64,000 bases of DNA from Adineta vaga (lineage: Eukaryota; Animalia; Rotifera), in contig CP075494.1 of assembly GCA_021613535.1 (NCBI GenBank), forward strand, positions 7,502,001 through 7,566,000, written 5' to 3'. Both the position numbers and the translations under genes were made by a program. Shown in pieces: positions 54,456 to 64,000 of this stretch. The notes below the pieces were generated by a model that was not told the origin of the DNA, ran no database searches, and saw only the letters and a list, made by a program, of their open reading frames with translations. Positions within the stretch are counted from its first letter, which is position 1; each line of letters opens with the position of its first letter.

Positions 54456-55551
54456 ATGATCTCAATGGAATTTTGCCTCCTAATTATTTTGATTTTATCC
54501 ATTTTTATCGTTAATATTTCTCATATATTATATTTAATTTTACGTCGAAACGATCAACGACTTCGATTTTATCGTTCAATATTATTAAATATTTCTTTTT
54601 CATCAATGATTATTTCGATTTGGCTTATACCTTTCTTTTATTTTCGTTTGATTTGGTCACCGGAATCATTTCCATGGCGTTTATGGTCATTTATTTTTCA
54701 TCTAGTTGATGCTGTTCAACTTTATTCATTTCTTCTTCTCATTTCAAATCATAATTTTATCAATCTTTCTCTTCAACGTTTTCTCATTTTTCTTTGTTGG
54801 TTTGCACCTACTCTCACCTATTCTCCATTATTATGGTTATCAATTTCGAATGATAAATTTGATTATTTACCATATCGTCGTTTATCTACAAATGTTCCAT
54901 GGTGGATATTACCGACGATCTATTCTTGTATGTATCTTGTACCAATATTTATATCATTTGTTTTAATTGGAATGGGAATATGTTGGCCATGGATATATAA
55001 ACAATATAAACAACGAGAAAATGCTTTACAAGGACAAATAAATGAACATCGAGAGAATATGGCAGAATTGACTAGTTTAGTAGAAACAGTTTTAAGTTTT
55101 GAATTAGATCCATCAACATCAGGAACAATTAATGTAAGTTATTTGTAAGTGTTTGTTTCTAGATTTGATTATTGTTGATTTTTAGACATGGATTCCTTCG
55201 ATATCTTCATTATCCAATCCATCAACATCAACTAAAGATCAATCATCTTTATCGTATCTTTCTAATAAATTCAATGGTTCATTATCATGTAAAGTTTCTC
55301 AAGATCATTCTTCTCTTCTATCGGATGATCTTTCATCATCATTACAATTCAAAACTTATCTATCCAAACCACATTCATCTGTATATTATTGTTTATTATT
55401 TCTTATCACAGGTTTATTATTTCTCGTTCACTTTCCATATGTACTGTTTTCATTGATGGATATTTATACATCTCAATTACCAAGATTTATTTATATACAT
55501 TGGTTCGGAACAATGTTTATACCAATTATACATTTACAAAAAAATCACTAA
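54456..55551 (+). CDS. Highly divergent 7TM rhodopsin-like receptor
   Basis: Exons 54456-55133 and 55186-55551. Seven hydrophobic segments with class A remnants: N in TM1, LLNIS in TM2, W...P in TM4, P in TM5, HFPY in TM6, P in TM7. Confidence 0.62.
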
Positions 55552-56766
55552 TACTTTCTCCAATTCATTTCATTTGCTGCATATTGTTGCGTATTTTGTT
55601 TAGCTACATCAGGATTAAATTGAGAATTATATCGTCGTTTACGTTCGTCGATTTCGATTCGTGCTGGTTCACGTGCTGGTTCAGGTGTATCAGGTGTTGA
55701 ATCACTACCAGTAAAAACTCGTGATAAATAAGCAGCAGTTTTTGTACGTTCTTGTGATTCCCGTTTTAATCTAAATAGAGATTTAATAGAGATAAAAGAT
55801 GAAAATATTTTATCAATGTACCGTTCAGCTCGAAGTTGTTCAATACGAGAAGTTGAAGAAGTTGAAGTTGAGAATGAAGTAGATTTTTTTGTCGAAGTAG
55901 TTGAAGAAGATTTGGTTTCATCGTCACGTTTACGTTTTAAATCATCGACATATTTGGACATGTGATTAAGTGGATCTTGTTTGTGAATACGTAAACGATC
56001 ACGTTCTTCTCTATAATATAACATTTATTTTCACACGTAAGTTTCAATGCAGAGAAAAAGGGATTTACTGGTTCTGTTTATGAATAGAAAACACTCTTAT
56101 AAGTATTGTCCAATACTACAGAACGATTATTCTTTCTATTTTAAGAAGCTTACCGGTCTGTTCTAGATACTTCTTTTGTATCTGTTGGTTTGTTACCACT
56201 TCGTTCCAAATACCATGGAACATTTCCTAGATAAATTTTTGAATAAATTCAATATCATTTAGCCTATCTCTCTTACCTTTACTCTCAACAATGCTACCAC
56301 CAAGATAAGTTAACAAACCAATTTTTTTCTCGAATTCTTCCGTCTCTGCTTTTTTCTCTTTTTCATGTTCAGCATTAGTTGCATCAGTCGTTTTTAACTA
56401 TACATATCAATAAAACATAAAGTATTCATTGTACTTTCAACCATACATACTCCTTGTTCTTCAAGTTGAAAGAGATTCACATGTTCTTTTGGTTGCTGTG
56501 TTGCTGATGATTCATTTGGACCTTGAAACTGAATCAATTGATCGCCACGTTTTGCTCGTAAATGATTTAGACGATCTTCTTGTTCCTTTAAAAAAAGATC
56601 AAATTCATTCTTAAAAATAAATATATCTTCATCGAGCACTTACAGCAAGAGTTTTCCTTCGAAGTGCTTTTGCTTCTTCGTCAGCAGCTTTCTTTTCATC
56701 ACGTAAAACTCGAGCAATGTTATCCTTATTTCTAACATGCCAACGTTTCTTCGGTAAAATATTCAT
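55548..56766 (-). CDS. LENG1: Leukocyte receptor cluster member 1 homolog (CIR_N domain)
   Basis: N-terminus [24 protein letters not shown]; HVNLF; LLTYLG; PWY; [12 protein letters not shown]; YNSQFNPD. Confidence 0.9.
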
Positions 56767-56942
56767 ATCTAGAAAGATCATAGAAGCGAAATAATATATA
56801 TTCTTTTTTTTCTATAATGTAAATACAGTTATTGAATAAGAGCGATCTTAATTCTTACTACTAATTAATAAAGAATGAATGAAATGAATAAGCATCACAA
56901 CGAAGAAGATTAAGAAATAATGTTTATTTTTTTTTGTGTTGA

Positions 56943-59387
56943 TCAAGATGTTTGTGGAGATAATGGATCTTGTTTATCATCGAATTCAGTTTGTTCACTA
57001 TCATGTATAGATTCATCAGTGCCAAGACTTAATTGTGTTTTACGTAAATTCCAATGAAGAATATCAGCTAATGATTCAAACCAATCTCCTAATTGATCAA
57101 ATCGACAAATTGAAGGTACAGGATAAACACTTGTAGTGATGCGAACACTAGAGAAATATGATCCATAGATGAAGACGAGCGATTTTCATCTACTTTACCT
57201 GTCTTGTTGTTGAAGTTCATGGCGATTTCGTCCATCAACTGACAGCCAAGCTGTAAGACGAGTATCTTCTGACACTTTAACTTTTAATTCAATACCAGCA
57301 GGTACAACGATAGGTCGAAATGATAGAGAGTGTGGACAAATAGGACATATAACCATAGCAGGAACATTAGGATGAACCATTGAAGAGCCAGCTAAACGAA
57401 ACAGTTTCCTTTTGATATAGAAATGATATAAAACATACCAGCCATGGCATAAGCTGTAGAACCAGTTGGAGTTGATAGAATTAAACCTAAAAATTAAAAA
57501 AAAGTATTTAATTTAAAGGAAAAGCAAAATGAAATGAAGTGTTTGAATATACGAATGAGAATTTGAATCTTCACTATAGATGTGAGGGGTAGGCAATACA
57601 TAGAAGACATCGCAGACCTTGACAAATATTTCTTTAAACGACAAATTTAGTATATATACGATTAATCTAATCAAAAATAAATCTCATTTGTCTTATCTGC
57701 TATCTGTATTTTAGATTATATAAAATAGTCTTAAGTTAAAAACATACTATCTTACCATCGCCTTGAACTTTCGTAATAAATCTATCATTGATATACAAAT
57801 CCAAATTGGATAAATATGAATTTGGTCCTCGATCAATTACAACTTCATTCAATGCTAAATGAGAGATTTTCTCATCTTTATGTGTTTGTTGATCTTTTTC
57901 ATCTTTTGATGTATCATCCGATGATATTGAATGGAATGATGCGTCGGATGATGATTTCTTCTTTAAACCATCTTTCACAATCGAACATTTTAAACGTGTA
58001 CGTAAGAGAACAGCAACATTGCCGGATATAACTTCATTTAAAATTTTATCATGATATTTGAAATCGAATGGTGTTAAAAAACCCAATGATCCCATAGCAA
58101 ACGATAAAACTGGCGGGCAACTTCGTTGAAATATACTTGAAGCATGTAAAAGTGTGCCATCACCACCCAAACAAATGATTAGATCAATTTTTGCTATATC
58201 ATTGTCTAGAATTCAATTGATTAAAAACAAAGAGATGAATTTCGTCAAAATATACCGTGATCAAAAGCAAGACATCGTTCAGCATGTTCTTTCAATTCAG
58301 CATCATTAGCAAATGGAAGATGCATATGTTCAGAAAATTCAATATAAACATGAAGACGTCGCTAAATCATAGAAATTGCTTTCTGTTAGCCTTGAGGTTT
58401 CTTTGTTTATTTCATACCTTCAGAAGTTTTACAATTATTTGTCGAAATTCTTGCATTGTTTGTGGTCCAGGTTTACGTATGATAAGAATATTATTCGGTG
58501 GCGATATCCAATGTAATCGTTGACTTGATGGATCTTGTATAACACTAATGATTAGAAAAAAAGAATTGATAATGGAATTTGAAAGAAAAATAAAAACGAA
58601 CATGAGTTGATCATTGTTTTGTATTTTTTTCAATGTTGCTTTGGGTCCGAAATTTGATTTTGGTGATGGAGCAAATGCTGAACGAGCAGCCTAAATTAAA
58701 TGAAATAACAATAAAGAATTAAGAGAATTATATACAATGATTAATTAATGAATTTAAAAAAATTAAAAAAGCGATTAGTTTTTATAGACATTACCTCATT
58801 TTACTATTATCGACTGACATCGAGATTGATCGTCTCGAAAATGAGGTAGGAAATGATGGTGGTGATGATGTCATTATTTTAGTTAAAGAAATTTCGCGCC
58901 AAAGACAGGTATAAGTATTTAAATGTACAAAGGCACGTCGATAGAAGAACATATTTTCACGCACATAGAGAAAAAATTATGATAAATTTATGTATAGAAA
59001 GAAAAACACAGCAATATGATAAAATATATCTTTTTTTTATCTATAATAAAAAGCACATTTATAAAGGGTTAGTTCTGTCATAGAATAATTGTATAAGGTT
59101 ATACTAATGACTATGAAAACGTTTTAGTTAAGAGTAACAATAGAGAAACTAACCAGCATGTTTTCGCAGTTGGTCGATTAACAATGTGGTAGTGGAGCAC
59201 AGACATAACCATTATCATCACATTTTGTTATGTACTGATTATAATCTGTGACTGTACTGGTCGTGGATGTTTCCGATTCATCATCTGTAGCCGATTGTAA
59301 TGGAGAATCACCAACACTAACAGATCGTCGTTGAAAACTAAGGTTTCGTGATGGTGGTGATAGTTCCTTATTATCAAGATCAGTCAT
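56943..59387 (-). CDS. NADK: NAD kinase; 5' exon structure uncertain
   Basis: FGPKA...IQDPSSQRLHW; GGDGTLL; LALNEVVIDRGP; VQGDG..LSTPTGSTAY; MVHPNVPAMVICPICPHSLSFRPIVVP; LHWNLRK. Stop at 56945-56943. Confidence 0.92.
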
Positions 59388-59556
59388 CTTAATTCAGGAG
59401 GAGAAAGAATAAAATAATAAAGAAAAAAATAAACAAAATCTAACTCAATTTTCATCATCTAGCTGCTTTCCTAACAAAATAAATGAAACAAAAGACAGAG
59501 ATATATCTCAATTATAATTCTTTTTCCTTTATTTATTAGTACAAATATTAAACGTA

Positions 59557-60030
59557 CTACAACTTATCAATTTTCATTTTGCCAGCATTTCGTTTTTGAC
59601 TTTGTCCAAGACGATATTCATTATCTATACGTTTGCCAGTACCTAAACGTCGAGCATGAAAATTGAGTGCACCTCGTGAACATACTACAGGTAATTGTCG
59701 ATGTTGAGTAGTGATGGATTCATTACTAACAACACTCATCGATGGACATTGAGCAAATGTTCGTGCAGATCGAAGTGCATGAGTTGGTAATTGCAGACGA
59801 GTTTTAGGTAGAAGACGAGCTATACTAGATTTGTTCGATGCAGTTCGTGAATTGACTATATCATCTTCTTTGACAACATTTGTTGGAAGAACTGGAGGTG
59901 TTGGTTGAGATTTATTTACTTTCTTCTGGTTCAATTCACGAAGAAATGGATCCTTGAAAACTTTCGTTTTCTTGGATATTTTCTTCGTTAATACTTTCTT
60001 TTTCTTAATATCATGCATAGCTTGTTTCAT
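59557..60030 (-). CDS. Single-exon basic protein of unknown function (157 aa)
   Basis: Uninterrupted ORF whose codon usage resembles the neighbouring genes (cgt, cca, gca, act) rather than the poly-A/T intergenic DNA. Lys/Arg-rich; no recognised domain. Confidence 0.6.
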   Translation of the reverse strand: MKQAMHDIKKKKVLTKKISKKTKVFKDPFLRELNQKKVNKSQPTPPVLPTNVVKEDDIVNSRTASNKSSIARLLPKTRLQLPTHALRSARTFAQCPSMSVVSNESITTQHRQLPVVCSRGALNFHARRLGTGKRIDNEYRLGQSQKRNAGKMKIDKL

Positions 60031-63000
60031 TGTATATTTTATCCAGTTGATTGAATAGATATTTTGTCAAGTGATACATGTATTGTATAAATATATGCAA
60101 TATCGGATATTCGGTATGGTTAGTTTCTGAAGCAATGAAAATAACATACAATTCGAATGCATTTTATGCATAGATAGAGGTCGCTACCATGCATCATTAT
60201 TAATGACGTCATTTCGAAATATAATAAGCAAAGCAACATGGGAAAATTCTATCTTGTATGCAATGTAGAATTTATATCTATCTTTGTCATAGTTACCCTC
60301 CGTTTTCTCTATGCAAACGAAAGAATCTTCACAAAACAAATCGGCTTAAAATGAACAAGTGTTAATGAAAAAGACATATTTTCATAATGAGAATTTAAGA
60401 GAAAGCACTTGCACATATCAAGGTTATAAAAATGAATAAATCCCTCAATCAAATAATCAATGTGTATTATGTTGACATCAATTATATTAATAATTCATGT
60501 TCAATGAACAAAATAGTTTGTCAGATGAAATATACCAATTTGACAGGTTGTTTTCAATCAAAATATTTACGTCCCTATTTTTCTGAAATTCATAGTTATC
60601 GTAATGAATACTAATTCCGAAAGGCGATCTTTTGAATGTACTTTCATCATCAAAGATTTTTCGCAACATTATTAAACAGATGAAATGCAATAACAATCGT
60701 TGTTTTCATGAATAATAAAAAGTGCGTAGGAGAATAGTGTAACAGATGGGAATAGAAAAAACACAAATATAAAACTTTAAAAATCATTGTTCTGATTTGT
60801 TTTCTTACGAAATAAAGAATTGAATTGTATAGTATAATGCAAGGACGTCATCTTGTTTTCTCTTACGACAGTGTGGTATACATTATTAAGATAGGCAATC
60901 GAACCCACGCACTAGTTGATTTATACTTTTTATATGTAATTAAAAAAGAAAGAGTATAACTGTTATCAAATGCATCGAACTTGTCGCTTATGCGACATAT
61001 ACGTTTGAATAATTTCATCATTCATAGAATATGACTAAAAGAAAAAAGAAAGCAAAGACTTAAGGGTAATTTTTCTTAATGTATGTATAGATAAATGATC
61101 AATATCATCATACACACTATAGTTTACATCATTATATGATAGACAAAAAAAAACGCTTGCATCATGCCCAATCTATCGTTGCATTGATGGTCTTTTTCGT
61201 TCCTTCTTCCCTTTCTTTTTTTTTATGAGTAGTCGATGATATTCTTTTTCTTTTCTTTTCTTTTCCTAGTGACGCAGAATTGTATATTTGTTTGAAATGA
61301 ATTGCGTTTCGCAATAACTGACATCACATGACGATGTGTGTAGGCGAATCATTGAAGGCGAAGCTTCTCGATTTTTCCCTCTCTTCTTTTTTTTTCTTCT
61401 CCGTCATCAAGAAAAATCCAGCGTCTACGATAAATGAGAGAAATAATAGAAAGAGAGAGAAAAAGAGAACGCAACAACAAGTATATAAAGCAGCAAGTAA
61501 CATAGGTTGTTTCATTCGCAACGTCGTCGTTTACCATTTGGTGGTACTCTTTCTGTCTCTCTTTTTTTCTCCCCTTCATCAATGTGAAACAATATTAATC
61601 GACGACGTCGGTAATGTTATACCGCGTCGATGGCAAATAAGGTAAGTGACAACAGATTTCTTTTTCTTTTGCGCATCAATAATCCACATACAATATTTGT
61701 ATGATGGTTCGTTTCTTTTACCTTGTTAGAATATTGGTTGACAAAAAAAACAGAAAACATAAAATACTCAGGTTTCTTTCTTTTATAGTTTGGATTATGC
61801 GTAAGATACATTGATTCATTTCAATCTCTTTTCCCTTTTTGTTTTCTTTTACTTTTTTTTATCTATATATTAAGTTTAGTTCAGACACAATTTTCCTTTT
61901 TAGTTCTCGGGACAGTAACACAATAATTAATCGGCCATTGTTAATTTATCATCCGATATGCATAAAGTGTCGAGTATACATATGCACAAGTATCATCACT
62001 AGGAAATAATTAGTGATCGAGAAAAACCAAAGAGAAATCTATCTAATCATCTGTCCTCTGGTAGGGCATCATTTGTTTTACTGCCCAATGTTGTTCTACT
62101 CTAGCATTACACACCTTCATCTATGAAAATGATCTGTTTATCCATAAATGTCGTTGGTGGTAGGATACATTTGTATAAATCGGCAGATTTTTTATCATAT
62201 AGTTAAAAAAAACCCGCACCATTTCATACATATAATCAATGATATCCAAAATATATGGTAAAATCTTTTTAATTTTCGTCAAGATTTTGTTCGTATATAG
62301 AACAACAGAAAAAAAAACACATTAACAGCAACAAATTAACCTATCAGCTGCGAGTTGTTCGACCTACGCGTGTGTGTGTGGTAAGAAGATTTTGATCGCA
62401 AATCGTCAATCTTTTATACTTAGTATACATCAAAAACCAATTAATGAATTACATATGAATTGTTATTTTATAAAAAAAAACAGATTTTCTTTTCTGGCAT
62501 TTATCTGTGTTAAACCAGGTAGAATTTTTGTTATACCAAACAATTGTTTATTTACATAGAAAAGAAAAGAAAAACGTAATATGTTTGTTTAAATTCGAAC
62601 AAGTGAAGAAGTGATCTATGGCATAGCCGTGAGCCTATTTGTTTATCCTCAAGTCCAATTTGTGACATTGTAGGTTGTTTTCGAGAAAAGAAATGAAGAT
62701 TTTATCGTGTTTCAAATCAACTTTCGTCGGTTATTAATTCGTCTGATATAAATACATACATATATTATAGAGAAGCAAAAATATCTTTCGATTAGAATAA
62801 ATTTTGGCTGGTTCGTCGTTTTCAGGGTAGCGTTCGTGCGCGCATAACGTGCAAGAAGTGGGCAGCCAAAACGCCTGGATGAGTCGTAGTTAGACTCTCC
62901 AAGTGCAGCAATATATGTTCGATGTGACAAATGTAACATCAAAAAGGTGGATTGTGATAGCACAAGAAAGCTAAATACTAAATTGTTCAAGAGGAAAAAA

Positions 63001-64000
63001 AAGAAAAAAGAATTAATCCGTAAGCAAAATTTACGCTAATTAAATGCGTTCATTTTCAAGGGCAGCCAGACAGCAGAAGATCAAGAAAACGATTCTTGTC
63101 CATACTATATACTAAGAAGCTCCACATTTTTACTTGTACAACAACGATGAGTATTGAAAAGATTCGTTCAATAAGAAGTGAGATTATCTTACATTATATT
63201 CAACCTATGGCTTAAATTTCAGAAATCTTACGTTTTCATTATGTAAAAATTCTCGTTTAATATTGCATTAATGTGTAAGTCTTTACCTCCAGTACTTTAC
63301 TCTGGTTTACATGTTAAATACCTTTAGTTCTCAAAAAAAAAATCTATATATAAAATGAGAAACATGTTCTCATTACTTCGAGAACAGGAAAACAATCGTC
63401 TCTGCAACTTGACAGCCATACTAAGAAAGAAAGTATTTACCATTTTCCAACTATGTTTTTTGTGTAAGTTAATGTCAATATTTATTCATCCATCTATGTA
63501 TGATATTCATACTCATTTGAAGACAATGGTTTTATTATTATTATTTAAAAGATATGTCATTATATGCGATGAATCATCTACTATAAGAAAAAAGAAAAAT
63601 TCCATTGATATTCTGTGTATTTCAAGTGATGCTGTATAATTAGTATGTTTCTCTTCTTGCGCAAGGTCTTTGTCTTGATATATTATTTCAATTATCAATG
63701 ATGAAGAAATTTGATCAAACTATGATGTTTAGAAGAAAAATCCTTGATTTTCATTAGCAAAATTCGGTTTTGTCCAAATCAAATCATCTTTGCAGAAAGA
63801 AACGCAGGGTGAGAAACAGCATTGTTTAGTATTTTAGTTACTTTTCCAATGTATCTACCCGTTCGTCAGTCGTATATTTTGAAGCGCAATTTCCAAGAAT
63901 TATTTTTACTCAATCTTATGAATGAATTACACATCTACATATCGAAGAGAAATAATTCTTCTGCTCTTAATTTATTAATTAACAATGCTATTAAGAAAAA

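Noticed and set aside
61300-61650. ORFs 61328-61645 and overlapping ORFs, with a strong donor (aag|gtaagt) near 61641
   Set aside because: The translations are low-complexity. At most this is a non-coding 5' exon of a gene outside the window, which I cannot support further.

Overview
AT-rich eukaryotic DNA with dense, intron-containing genes (GT-AG introns, mostly about 50-65 nt). I infer it is invertebrate, most likely a bdelloid rotifer, from composition, intron size and a relic of a family I associate with bdelloids. Order of genes: 3' part of a kettin/sallimus (titin-like) Ig-repeat gene with a tandem two-exon array; cytosolic aspartate aminotransferase; a cordon-bleu-like gene; a secretin-class GPCR; a tight minus-strand run ZDHHC17-CEPT1-NudE-Polycomb; an EF-hand gene head-to-head with SF3B2; Na/K-ATPase beta; a multi-cysteine-cluster Toll-like receptor immediately followed by an ARM-like/degenerate TIR/SAM protein ending in a polybasic CaaX box; two rhodopsin-like 7TM genes; and a minus-strand run orphan ORF-NADK-LENG1. 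The most interesting candidates are (1) the adjacent Toll-like receptor and putative prenylated pseudo-TIR adaptor, (2) operon-like housekeeping clusters with unpaired splice acceptors, and (3) extreme gene packing, including convergent genes whose stop codons overlap. Exon boundaries were read by eye, and domain assignments come from remembered motifs, not searches.
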